Source: Candidatus Magasanikiibacteriota bacterium
GTDB lineage: Bacteria > Patescibacteriota > Patescibacteriia > Magasanikbacterales > GWA2-37-8
NCBI GenBank assembly: GCA_030650025.1
Contig: JAUSEN010000025.1
Span: 601-64,600 of the forward strand
Direction of reading: 5' to 3'
Length of the DNA: 64,000 nt
In this document: positions 47,863 through 56,603 of the stretch, piece by piece
How positions within the stretch are numbered: the first letter of the stretch is position 1
How the letters are laid out: each line of letters opens with the position of its first letter
The notes under the pieces: generated by a model
The model's input: the letters and a program-made list of their open reading frames with translations, nothing else
Told to the model about the DNA's origin: nothing
The model's database searches: none
Translations under genes and position numbers: made by a program

Positions 47863-48966
47863 TTACCGTTGGCATCTCGGGCAAAAATGCGTCCCTCGGC
47901 CAGCAATTTTAATTTTTTTAATTATTTCCTCGCATTTTTTGCACTTTTCTCCGTCTCTGTCATAGACATTTAAAAAATCCGTATAATTGCCTTTTTTACC
48001 ACTCGAATCGAGGAAATTACGAAACGTCGTACCGCGATGTTTAAGGGCGGCGCGCAGAATTTTAGGGATCGCCAAAAATAATTTTTTTTGTTCTAATTTG
48101 GTAACCGCGCCAACGCGCCGATTAGGACGAACGCCGGCGGCAAAGCAAACTTCGTCCACATAAATATTCCCGAGTCCGGCGATAAGTTCTTGGTTTAAAA
48201 GCAGGGCTTTTAGATTTGTATTCTGACGTTTTTTAAAGAGTAAAGAAAAATATGCAAAAGTGAATCCTCCCCCTGCCCCCTCCATTGCGATGGAGGGGGG
48301 TCGCGATTTCCCTCCCCTTCGCAAAGGGGAGGGCGACCCGCCCGAATCGCTACGCGAAGCGTTGCGGGCAGGGGGTGGGGTCTCGATCGGTTCGGGACCA
48401 AATTTTTTTAGCGCTCTCTCGACGTCCTGCGCAGTTGCTAATTTCATGTAACCAAACAAACGCAGGTCGTTAAAAAATAACTCTCCTCCATCTTGGAACG
48501 CAAAGGCGATACGCGTATGCTTATTCGGTAGGCATTCAATGTCGCTTTCCGACAATTTGTGCCCGCCGGCCACGATTTCCACCCCGCCCTTTTTTTCCCG
48601 CTCATCACCGCCATAAAGGCGGGATCCCGCCACGAGGCGGTGATCACCGCCATAAAGGCGGGATCCCGCCACGAGGCGGCGATAAATTAACTGGCCGGTC
48701 ATTTTAAGATGTACTAACAAACTTTGGGCTCCGTGCTTCAATCTAAAAATCATCAGCTTCCCGCGCCGATCAATGTCTCTAAAACTATTGCCCGTGAGAG
48801 CTTGAATAAATTTTGTACTCTGGCCGCCAACGCTCGTTTTTTTATAAACCTTAACTTGAACAATTTTTTTGTTCAAGATTTTATGGCGCAAGTCTTGACG
48901 AATAGTCTCTACCTCTGGTAGTTCGGGCATAGAATTACACTGTATCAAAATTACAAAATTTCGCAA
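47863..48966 (-). CDS. mutM: Formamidopyrimidine-DNA glycosylase (Fpg/MutM) with a tandem 13-aa duplication and an in-frame repeat element.
   Basis: PELPEVE N-terminus and a C-terminal zinc finger (CxxC...CPRC). Confidence 0.85.
   Translation of the reverse strand: MRNFVILIQCNSMPELPEVETIRQDLRHKILNKKIVQVKVYKKTSVGGQSTKFIQALTGNSFRDIDRRGKLMIFRLKHGAQSLLVHLKMTGQLIYRRLVAGSRLYGGDHRLVAGSRLYGGDEREKKGGVEIVAGGHKLSESDIECLPNKHTRIAFAFQDGGELFFNDLRLFGYMKLATAQDVERALKKFGPEPIETPPPARNASRSDSGGSPSPLRRGGKSRPPSIAMEGAGGGFTFAYFSLLFKKRQNTNLKALLLNQELIAGLGNIYVDEVCFAAGVRPNRRVGAVTKLEQKKLFLAIPKILRAALKHRGTTFRNFLDSSGKKGNYTDFLNVYDRDGEKCKKCEEIIKKIKIAGRGTHFCPRCQR
48264..48390. mobile_element. Intragenic palindromic element (B+A plus an extra small hairpin), copy 5, in mutM.
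   Basis: CCCTCCATTGCGATGGAGGGGGG ... CCCTCCCCTTCGCAAAGGGGAGGG ... GACCCCACC. It encodes PSPLRRGGKSRPPSIAMEGAGGG. Confidence 0.75.
48603..48680. repeat. Perfect-to-near-perfect tandem duplication (2 x 39 bp) inside mutM.
   Basis: ATCACCGCCATAAAGGCGGGATCCCGCCACGAGGCGG(T/C)G repeated head-to-tail. It encodes HRLVAGSRLYGGD twice. Confidence 0.85.
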
Positions 48967-49016
48967 TTAAAAAATCCCAAGAATTTAACTCGGGATTTTA
49001 TATCATAAAACAATAA

Positions 49017-49394
49017 TTATAAACTTTTTGCCATAAACGCCTTTAATTTTTCTTTGGGCATGCCGCCGAGAGTTTGTTCAGCGACAGCGCCGTTTTTGAA
49101 CATAATAAAAGTAGGAATGCTCATGACGTTATAGGTTTGAGCGGTATTCGGATTCTCATCCACGTTTAATTTACCAATTTTAATTTTGGTTTTATCGAGT
49201 TCGCTAGAGAGCTCGGCAACAATCGGGCCCATCATCCGGCAGGGGCCGCACCAGGGCGCCCAAAAATCCACAAAGACGGGCACAGCCGATTTTAAAACTT
49301 CGGCGTCAAAATTAGCGTCAGTGAAAACATTGTCCATATTATTTAACAAAATTGATTGATTGGATTGATTGTAAGGTGGTTGATATTTTATCAA
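49017..49394 (-). CDS. trxA: Thioredoxin.
   Basis: WCGPC active site; 125 aa. Confidence 0.9.
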   Translation of the reverse strand: MIKYQPPYNQSNQSILLNNMDNVFTDANFDAEVLKSAVPVFVDFWAPWCGPCRMMGPIVAELSSELDKTKIKIGKLNVDENPNTAQTYNVMSIPTFIMFKNGAVAEQTLGGMPKEKLKAFMAKSL

Positions 49395-49404
49395 AATTTT
49401 GGTT

Positions 49405-51423
49405 TTAGCTCAAGACCAGCTTTTTCTCTTTCTTTTCTTCTTTATACGCTTCGAGAACGTCGCCCTCTTCGATTTTTAATTTACCTTCAAACTGCAGGCC
49501 GCATTCACTGCCGCTGGGGATTTCGTTCACGGCCTGTTTGCCGCTCTGAAGCTGGACCAATTTGCCTAGGCCAATAATCTCACCATCACGTTTAACACGC
49601 ACTTTGGCTTCTTTAACCAATTTACCGCTTTCGACGCGAGCGCCGACGATCATAACTTTTTTATCACTGCGGAATATTTGCAAAACTTTGGCGTTACCAA
49701 GTTCGGTTGTGATGAGTTCGGGATTTAGTAATTTCTGCAATTCTTCTTTAAGATCATCGAATAAATCGTAAATAATTTTGTGCTGCCTAAAAATAATATT
49801 ATTTTTTTGAATCATTTCAAAAGCGACCGGAGTAGTGGTGGTATTAAAACCGTAAATAATAGCGCCGCTCGCCATGGCTCTCTGAACATCATCCGCCGTG
49901 ATATTGCCCAGGCCCTTGGCCACGATTTTAACGCCCACTTCTTCGTTTTTAATCTTTTCAATAGAGCCAACGATGGCTTCGAGCGACCCAAGAGTGTCGG
50001 CCTTAATAACCATGTTAAAATTTTTGTGGCCTTCTTCGGCCGCGGCCTCTTGCTGGGCGGCGGAAACGCGCTGTTCGGCGCCGGTTTGAGTGGCGCGTTT
50101 AGCGCGAACGTCCACGACCTCGGCCGAGTCAGCCTGGCTTAAATCCAAGACATCGCCGACTTGAGGGGCAATTTTAAAACCTAAAATGCGAACTGGGGTA
50201 GAAGGAGGGGCGGCGGTAATATCTTTACCATGATGATCTTTGAGCGCGCGGGCTTTGCCATAAATTTCGCCATTAATAACGAGCGGGTCGTTCACGCGCA
50301 AAGTTCCGGTTTGGACCAAAATAGTCGCGACCGGCCCTTGACCCTTATCCACATGAGCTTCAATAACCGTGCCGGCGGCCGGACGAATGGGGTTGGCCTT
50401 GATACTGCCCTCGTTAACAGCCGCGACCGCGAGCAAAGCATCGAGAAGCTTATCAATATTTTTATTTTCTTTGGCCGAGATTTCTACCATGGGAGTGTCG
50501 CCACTCCAGTCCTCGGGAATAATGTTGTGCTGGGCTAAATCGTTTTTAACTTTTTGCACATCGGCTCCAGGTTTATCGATCTTATTTATCGCAACCACGA
50601 GAGGAAGTTTGGCGGCCTTAATAATGTTAATGGCTTCCACGGTTTGCGGCTTGACAGAATCATCGGCCGCTACCACCAAAATGGCGATGTCCGCCACTTT
50701 GGCGCCGCGGCTCCGCATGACTGTGAAAGCTTCGTGGCCGGGAGTGTCAATAAACGTTAGAAGTTTTTTGGCTTTGGTTTTGGGGTCAGTCCAAACAGTT
50801 TGATAAGCGCCGATGTGCTGGGTAATACCACCGGCTTCGGTGGCCACCACATTGGCACTCCGAATGGCGTCGAGTAACTTGGTTTTGCCGTGGTCCACAT
50901 GACCCATAACCACAATCACGGGTGGGCGGGCGTCCGTGGCATCGGCTGTCAAACGCGTTTCGAGCTGGGCCACATGTTCGGAACTGCCTTCACTTTTATT
51001 TTCGGTAACAGCCGCGACCACGCTAAAGCCTAAATCACCGGCAATAATCGTCGCCGTATCACGGTCAATATTTTCGTTTTGGTTTACCAAGATGCCATTT
51101 TTCATTAGTTCCACGATAAGGGCATTCACCGGTGTTTGCAAGATGTCGGCCAGGGCGCGCACGGTTAATTTGTCGGGAAGGGCGATGGTCGCGCCGCTCG
51201 CCTTGCGGGCTTCTTTTTCTTTTAGTTTTTCTTTTTCTTTTTCTTCTTTTTCACGGCGCTCTAAAATAAAACGAATGCGGCGCCAATCTTTTTGGATCTG
51301 GGTGGCTACTTTGTCATCTATTTTTATGGCCTTGGCGCCAATATCAAAACCAAACTCCGGGAGGACAGACAAGAGCTTTTGGGGGTGGATATTTAGCTGG
51401 CGAGCAAGTTCGGAGACATTCAT
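49405..51423 (-). CDS. infB: Translation initiation factor IF-2.
   Basis: G-domain motifs (GHVDHGKT, DTPGH, NKID) and IF-2 C-terminal domains. Confidence 0.9.
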   Translation of the reverse strand: MNVSELARQLNIHPQKLLSVLPEFGFDIGAKAIKIDDKVATQIQKDWRRIRFILERREKEEKEKEKLKEKEARKASGATIALPDKLTVRALADILQTPVNALIVELMKNGILVNQNENIDRDTATIIAGDLGFSVVAAVTENKSEGSSEHVAQLETRLTADATDARPPVIVVMGHVDHGKTKLLDAIRSANVVATEAGGITQHIGAYQTVWTDPKTKAKKLLTFIDTPGHEAFTVMRSRGAKVADIAILVVAADDSVKPQTVEAINIIKAAKLPLVVAINKIDKPGADVQKVKNDLAQHNIIPEDWSGDTPMVEISAKENKNIDKLLDALLAVAAVNEGSIKANPIRPAAGTVIEAHVDKGQGPVATILVQTGTLRVNDPLVINGEIYGKARALKDHHGKDITAAPPSTPVRILGFKIAPQVGDVLDLSQADSAEVVDVRAKRATQTGAEQRVSAAQQEAAAEEGHKNFNMVIKADTLGSLEAIVGSIEKIKNEEVGVKIVAKGLGNITADDVQRAMASGAIIYGFNTTTTPVAFEMIQKNNIIFRQHKIIYDLFDDLKEELQKLLNPELITTELGNAKVLQIFRSDKKVMIVGARVESGKLVKEAKVRVKRDGEIIGLGKLVQLQSGKQAVNEIPSGSECGLQFEGKLKIEEGDVLEAYKEEKKEKKLVLS

Positions 51424-51616
51424 GAGTAAAAAAACTATAAGCCTTATTTAAATTTAGGCTAATCTGCGACTATTATATAGAAGAAACGAGTTTAAGTCAA
51501 TGGAAGGTATGACATGAAAGGCATGCCGGTAGGACATTTTAACTTCCGGTTGACATGAAAGGCACACAGTTTGACAAAATTCTAATACTACGCTATACTA
51601 AGTCGTTCTTTGAAAA

Positions 51617-51690
51617 TAATTGTGGTGGGGGGAAAAATGGCCAAAATATGGCTTTTTTTGTAAAATTCGCCATTTTTCCCCCCACCAATT
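51617..51690. repeat. Perfect 22-bp inverted repeat (AATTGTGGTGGGGGGAAAAATGGC / GCCATTTTTCCCCCCACCAATT) with a 28-nt spacer. It lies just upstream of the high-GC island.
   Basis: Read directly from the sequence. It lies between the infB start and the GC-island ORF. Confidence 0.8.
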
Positions 51691-51750
51691 CACCACAACC
51701 TTCACAAGAGCGCGTAATTCGGCGGGGAACGCTCTAGACAAGGATAGGAC

Positions 51751-52320
51751 ATGAAATGGAGCCACATCAAAGAACTGCTCGTCCGCCTCGTCGGCCGCGA
51801 GCGCAACCCCGGCACCGATGACAACCCCGAACGCGAGCAGAGCAACGACGGCCAGCCCCACGAGGTCGACGTCAGCGAGCTCCTCGGTGCGCTCTTGGGC
51901 GGCCTGGCCCACGTGCGGAGCACGCCGTTCGTGATCAAGATCACCGTCATGGCCGGTGGCGCGGATCTCTCGCAGTCCAACCTCGAGGGCGTTGTCTTCG
52001 ACCAGGAGTCCGACCACCCGTGGCGCACGCGGTGGGTCGTCGGCGGCGGGCTCGTGCTCGCCATCTCGGGCTGTACCACCTGCCAGCGCGAGAAGCTCGA
52101 GGTGGTCAACTTCGCGACCCACGACTGGGCGCTCGCGGAGACCCGGCGCCCGCGCCCGATCCGCATGGATGACGTGGCCAAGCTCACGGCCAAGCTCATC
52201 CAGCGCGGGGAGGACGTGCGCGCCCTCGCCGAGCTCGTGACCGAGGCCCAGCGTCTCTTCACGACGCTGGCCACGAAGGAGGAGCCGGCGCAGGCCACCA
52301 AGAGGCGCGGCCGGCGCTGA
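51751..52320 (+). CDS. Hypothetical protein encoded by a very high-GC foreign island, with codon usage unlike the rest of the window.
   Basis: 189-aa ORF. G/C is strongly enriched at third codon positions in this frame only. The surrounding genome is AT-richer. Confidence 0.55.
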   Translation: MKWSHIKELLVRLVGRERNPGTDDNPEREQSNDGQPHEVDVSELLGALLGGLAHVRSTPFVIKITVMAGGADLSQSNLEGVVFDQESDHPWRTRWVVGGGLVLAISGCTTCQREKLEVVNFATHDWALAETRRPRPIRMDDVAKLTAKLIQRGEDVRALAELVTEAQRLFTTLATKEEPAQATKRRGRR

Positions 52321-52460
52321 ACGGTCGAGGGGCAGTGGTGCGCGACGAAGAACCAATTCGTCGTCGCATCACCTTTTTGCGATAATTGAATCTAAGTTAG
52401 TTAACAACTTAAATTATCATTATCCCAAGAAGGTGACGACGAATTGAAGAAATTATATTA

Positions 52461-52490
52461 ACCCTGCACCGTTCTGGTGCAGGGTTTTTT
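52461..52490 (+). terminator. Rho-independent terminator (CCCTGCACC-GTTCT-GGTGCAGGG plus T6).
   Basis: Perfect 9-bp stem followed by a T-run, downstream of the GC-island ORF. Confidence 0.6.
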
Positions 52491-52552
52491 ATTTGCCCGG
52501 TTACTTGCTTTTTTTTATTTTTGCGATTATTCTAGTGGTATAAATATTTATT

Positions 52553-53320
52553 ATGACCCCTCTCCCTCCTGATTTCCTCCTCATCAACAAACCAGCGGGC
52601 TGGACCAGTTTTGACGTGGTGAATTTTATTAGAAAAAAAGCGCGCGTCGATTCTGGAAATAAAAAAATCCGTGTGGGCCACGCGGGCACGCTTGATCCGT
52701 TCGCCACCGGCCTCTTAATTGTAGGCGTGGGGCGGGAGGCAACTAAAAAATTAGATGAATTTAAAAATTTGCCCAAGACTTATCTGGCCACTATAAAATT
52801 GGGAGCGACCAGTGATACGGGAGATGTGACTGGAGTAATTACCGAGACCCCACCCTCGCCCTCCCCTTTGCTAAGGGGAGGGGAATCGCCCTCCTCCATC
52901 GCAATGGAGGGGGTAGGGGGAGGATTCGCCTTTGGCAAGGAGGGGCTGGGGGAAGTTTCGGAAAAACAAATCAAAAAAATCTTAAAACAATTTCTTGGCA
53001 AGCAAAGGCAAATTCCACCGATGTACTCGGCTAAAAAAATTGGCGGGCAGAGATTGTATAAATTAGCGCGCGCCGGAAAAACTATTAAACGAGAGCCGAG
53101 TGAAATTGAAATTTATAAAATCAAATTGCTCTCTTATGATTGGCCAATTCTAAAAATCGAAGTAACGTGCGGCGCGGGGACGTATATCCGTACTCTGGCC
53201 GAAGACATTGGCAAAAAACTGGGGACCATGGCCTACTGCCAAGAACTAACCCGCACTAAAATTGGTCCATATGCGCTAGAGCAAACCACTGATTTCCGAA
53301 GCAAGTCGCCAGCAGCTTGA
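52553..53320 (+). CDS. truB: tRNA pseudouridine(55) synthase TruB carrying an in-frame repeat element.
   Basis: GHAGTLDPFATGLL catalytic motif. A roughly 37-aa GC-rich insert lies in the middle. Confidence 0.9.
   Translation: MTPLPPDFLLINKPAGWTSFDVVNFIRKKARVDSGNKKIRVGHAGTLDPFATGLLIVGVGREATKKLDEFKNLPKTYLATIKLGATSDTGDVTGVITETPPSPSPLLRGGESPSSIAMEGVGGGFAFGKEGLGEVSEKQIKKILKQFLGKQRQIPPMYSAKKIGGQRLYKLARAGKTIKREPSEIEIYKIKLLSYDWPILKIEVTCGAGTYIRTLAEDIGKKLGTMAYCQELTRTKIGPYALEQTTDFRSKSPAA
52846..52955. mobile_element. Intragenic palindromic element (A plus B plus degenerate A), copy 6, in truB.
   Basis: GACCCCACCCTCGCCCTCCCCTTTGCTAAGGGGAGGGGAATCG ... CCTCCATCGCAATGGAGGGGG. It encodes PSPLLRGGESPSSIAMEGVGGG. 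Confidence 0.75.
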
Positions 53321-53375
53321 CAACTGCCGCTAACACTTCTACTATTACCCCTAATTCAACCGCAGGAGGACGCCC

Positions 53376-53552
53376 ATGACAACGAAAGGAAAATGCGGCG
53401 TCCCCAAGATGCCGCGGCAAGCGCCGCGCCCGCGACGTATCCCCCGCTTCTCGCGCCGGGTGATGCCGAAGAAGCGGCTCCGGCGTTTGCGCGCTGAAGC
53501 GCGCAGAAAGCAGCGCCGGAAAAAGGCGAAAAAAGAGAAAGGAAGAGGCTAA
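53376..53552 (+). CDS. Candidate small (58 aa) extremely basic Arg/Lys-rich protein in a GC-rich patch.
   Basis: AGGAGG lies 6 nt upstream of the ATG. Product MTTKGKCGVPKMPRQAPRPRRIPRFSRRVMPKKRLRRLRAEARRKQRRKKAKKEKGRG. It is below the ORF-track length cutoff. Confidence 0.3.
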   Translation: MTTKGKCGVPKMPRQAPRPRRIPRFSRRVMPKKRLRRLRAEARRKQRRKKAKKEKGRG

Positions 53553-53687
53553 AGCCGAAGGAGGACAACGACCCCAGGAAACTCGATGTGGCCCTGCCGT
53601 ACATACGCCCGGCCGCTCTTCTCCGCGGGGTCCACATCACTTTTAAACTTCGGCCCATTTTATTAAATGGACCGATTTTAATTAAAT

Positions 53688-53716
53688 TTGACAAAAACCG
53701 ACATTATTTCTAATAT
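53688..53716 (+). promoter_or_regulatory. Consensus sigma70-like promoter TTGACA-17-TAATAT.
   Basis: Read directly from the sequence. An ATG at 53748 follows. Confidence 0.5.
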
Positions 53717-53747
53717 ATCTCTAGGGTAAAGACATTAATTTTTTCTT

Positions 53748-53993
53748 ATGCCACGCCTAGAAATTCCCATAATACCAGTGCCGGGCAGGACACCTAATGG
53801 AGAGATGGAGCGCCGTAATAGAATCGAACGCGGCGAGGTTGATGTTGACACCAGGCAACAACCAGAAATCCGCGAGGCTCCGCACGGTCGCACCGCCGAA
53901 GAATGGAGACAGTGGCAAGACCATATCAGAAAACACCCCGAGGACGACCCCAACAAGAATCCAAATGCTGAACGCGGCGTTGCTTACTTGTAA
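53748..53993 (+). CDS. Hypothetical small hydrophilic protein (81 aa).
   Basis: ORF downstream of a strong promoter. No SD and no homology are recognised. Confidence 0.3.
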   Translation: MPRLEIPIIPVPGRTPNGEMERRNRIERGEVDVDTRQQPEIREAPHGRTAEEWRQWQDHIRKHPEDDPNKNPNAERGVAYL

Positions 53994-54423
53994 TTCAATC
54001 CACCACTTTCGCAAGATCTAAACCCTCATAAAACAAGGGTTTACCGTGCCTTGACTACCCCACTCCACTTATGATATGCTTAAGGCATAATTAATTAAAA
54101 GTTTTGGGGATAGTCCGAATAGGCATTTACAGTTTCTGAATTTGCCTTTACCAAGCCAAAAATTGCTTAAAACATGTACAGACACAACTCTTCATGGGCT
54201 TTAAAAACCTCTGAAGCGGCCTAAACCGCCGCGTGTTTTGCATAGCGAATAAGCGCTCTTCTGGCTTTTGGATAGTTCCTCAAAATTTTGAGGAACTTTT
54301 GTTAACGACCAGAATTTTCAAGACCGCTTAAGCGGGCGCAGAAAATTATGTGTCAGCCTGCCTACCGGCAGGCAGGTTAACAATCCGCCTGGGGCGGGAT
54401 AATTCAAATAATTTTTATTCATT

Positions 54424-55956
54424 ATGCCAATTAAGTGGATAATTGCCGGCATTGTGGCCGCGCTTTCGGGGGCCTTAGGCCTCGCGGTAGGTTATTATTT
54501 GCGCAAACAAATCGCGCGCGGCGAAGCTAACTCGGTAGAAGCTAAAGCCGAAACCATGCTTACCGAAGCGAAAAATAAACAGCAGGGTATTATTCTGGAA
54601 GGTAAAGAAAAGGCGGTGCAAGCGCTCGACGAAGTGAAACGCGAAGAACAACGCCTGCGCCAGGATTTGCAAAAAGAAAAACAGCGCCTGGAGCAACGCG
54701 AAAACACATTTGACCAAAAGCTCTTGGAAATCCAAGACAAAGAAGCCAAGCTGGTGGAAAAAATCGAACGCGTCAAACAAATCAAAGTAGAAATAGAAGG
54801 GCTCCGCGACCAACAAATTACTAAATTGCAAGAAGTGGCCGGGCTCTCTAAAGATGACGCTCGAGACGAGCTGTTAAAAAAGATCGAGGAAGTTAGTAAA
54901 ACCGACCTCTTGGGGCGCGTGATAAAACTGGAAAAAGAATCCACCGAGGTTTATGAAGAAAAAGCGCGCGAAATTCTCTCGGACTGCATGCAGAGGTGCG
55001 CTTCGTCGGTCGCGGCCGAGAACACGGCCACGATAGTCAACATTCCGAGCGAAGAAATGAAAGGGCGTATTATCGGCAAAGAAGGCCGCAATATTAAAAC
55101 CATTGAAAAACTAACGGGCTGTGAAATTGTGATTGACGACACGCCAGATTCTATTATCATCTCGGGCTTCTCCATGATTCGCCGCCAAATCGCGCGCTTA
55201 GCCCTGGAAAAACTGATTGCCGATGGCCGCATTCAGCCGGCGCGCATTGAGGAGTTTGTGGAAAAAGCCAAGCAGGATTTATCGCTCGATATTAAAAAAG
55301 CGGGCGAAGAAGCGCTCTATAAAATGGGCATTACGGGCATTGACCCAAAACTCGTTAATATTGTCGGCCGCCTTAAATATCGCACCAGCTATGGGCAGAG
55401 TGTCATGAACCATTCAATGGAAGTTGGCTATGTGTCTGGTATGATCGCTAACGAACTTGGCCTTAATGCCACGCTCGCCAAAAAATGCGGCTTCTTCCAT
55501 GATATTGGCAAAGCCGTGGACCATGAGACGCAAGGAAGCCACCCTGAAATTGGCCACCTGATCCTGAAGAAATTCAACATGGACGAGGACGTGGCCCAGG
55601 CCGCCCTAACGCATCACCACGACAAACCATATAACATCTACTCTTCTATTGCCAAAGCCGCGGACGCGATCTCGGCCTCGCGCGTCGGAGCCCGCCGCGA
55701 TTCGTACGAGCAATATGTTGCCCGCTTAGAAGACCTGGAGAAAACTGCCAGCTCGTTTACTGGTATTGAAAAGGTTTATGCCATTCAAGCTGGCCGTGAG
55801 GTGCGCATTTTTGTCCGTCCTAATGAAATTGACGATTACTCGGCCTTCCAACTCGCTAAAGATATCGCGCACAAAATTGAACAGGAGCTTAAATACCCGG
55901 GCGAAATCCGCGTTACTCTGATTCGCGAAACCCGCGTGGTCGAATACGCGAAATAA
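54424..55956 (+). CDS. rny: Ribonuclease Y.
   Basis: N-terminal TM helix, coiled-coil, KH domain and HD domain (HHHDKP..). Confidence 0.9.
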   Translation: MPIKWIIAGIVAALSGALGLAVGYYLRKQIARGEANSVEAKAETMLTEAKNKQQGIILEGKEKAVQALDEVKREEQRLRQDLQKEKQRLEQRENTFDQKLLEIQDKEAKLVEKIERVKQIKVEIEGLRDQQITKLQEVAGLSKDDARDELLKKIEEVSKTDLLGRVIKLEKESTEVYEEKAREILSDCMQRCASSVAAENTATIVNIPSEEMKGRIIGKEGRNIKTIEKLTGCEIVIDDTPDSIIISGFSMIRRQIARLALEKLIADGRIQPARIEEFVEKAKQDLSLDIKKAGEEALYKMGITGIDPKLVNIVGRLKYRTSYGQSVMNHSMEVGYVSGMIANELGLNATLAKKCGFFHDIGKAVDHETQGSHPEIGHLILKKFNMDEDVAQAALTHHHDKPYNIYSSIAKAADAISASRVGARRDSYEQYVARLEDLEKTASSFTGIEKVYAIQAGREVRIFVRPNEIDDYSAFQLAKDIAHKIEQELKYPGEIRVTLIRETRVVEYAK

Positions 55957-56083
55957 TTTGAAAAATTATGATTCAGGTGCCTGCAGTGTACCAGAGGTCG
56001 CCTTAGGCGACCGACTGGTACACTGTGGATAACTAATTTGCGCTAATTATAGCCGAACTTTGCGTCTAGTGCTATAATGACCT

Positions 56084-56189
56084 TGTCATTCTGAGCACAT
56101 TCGCTACGCTCAGTGTAAACTCCGCGAAGAATCTAAGGGCAAACAGGCAGAAAAAAACGCTTAGATCTTTCGCTTCGCTCAAGATGACA
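56084..56189. repeat. Intergenic MITE-like long hairpin element, copy C (opposite orientation, with a 26-nt internal insertion).
   Basis: TGTCATTCTGAGC...GCGAAGAATCTAAG ... CTTAGATCTTTCGCTTCGCTCAAGATGACAA. It starts immediately after an extended -10 (TGcTATAAT, 56070-56078) upstream of hup. Confidence 0.7.
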
Positions 56190-56224
56190 AATAATATAAA
56201 TATTTTATTTTTAAGCTAAGTTCT

Positions 56225-56506
56225 ATGAACAAAGCAGAGTTGGCCCAGGTGTTGGCCGAGAAATTAAATGTCTCTAAAAAAGAAGCCGAGGATATGCTTA
56301 ATATGTTTGTGGATGTGGTGATTGAGCAGTTAAAGAAAAACGAAGAGGTGGTGTTGACCGGCTTTGGCGCTTTTAGCGCCAAGATGCGCGCGGCCAGAAC
56401 CGGCGTGAACCCTCAAAACCCAACCCAAAAAATTCAGATCCCAGCGGTGCGCGTGCCTAAATTTAAGGCTGGCAAAGCACTCAAGGACGCGCTTAAGGCT
56501 ACTTAA
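56225..56506 (+). CDS. hup: DNA-binding protein HU.
   Basis: 93 aa with canonical HU sequence (MNKAELAQVLAEKLNVSKKEAEDMLN...GFGAFS...R.GVNPQ). Confidence 0.9.
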   Translation: MNKAELAQVLAEKLNVSKKEAEDMLNMFVDVVIEQLKKNEEVVLTGFGAFSAKMRAARTGVNPQNPTQKIQIPAVRVPKFKAGKALKDALKAT

Positions 56507-56530
56507 TTCTAGCTCTATATTTTATAATTA

Positions 56531-56562
56531 AAACCCTCTAAATTACAGAGGGTTTTATTTTG
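56531..56562 (+). terminator. Rho-independent terminator after hup.
   Basis: AACCCTCT-AAATTAC-AGAGGGTT followed by a T-run. Confidence 0.65.
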
Positions 56563-56603
56563 AAAATTAATTCTTAATTAATTTTATTCTTAATCAAGAA
56601 AAT

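Noticed and set aside
51598-52356. Minus-strand ORFs (252 aa and 199 aa) and an alternative plus ORF (51956-52240) in the high-GC island.
   Set aside because: Open frames are expected on all frames in very GC-rich DNA. Only the plus frame starting at 51751 shows strong G/C enrichment at third codon positions.
53356-53694. Minus-strand 112-aa ORF.
   Set aside because: Low-complexity Ala/Ser/Gly product with no RBS. It is antisense to the better-supported small basic ORF in a GC-rich patch.
54100-54130. RNase P RNA, suggested by AGUCCG…AUAGGCA resemblance to the P4/CR-I region.
   Set aside because: The candidate transcript is only about 200 nt. It lacks the other conserved RNase P blocks (GGAAAC, ACAGAAnCCGGCUUA).
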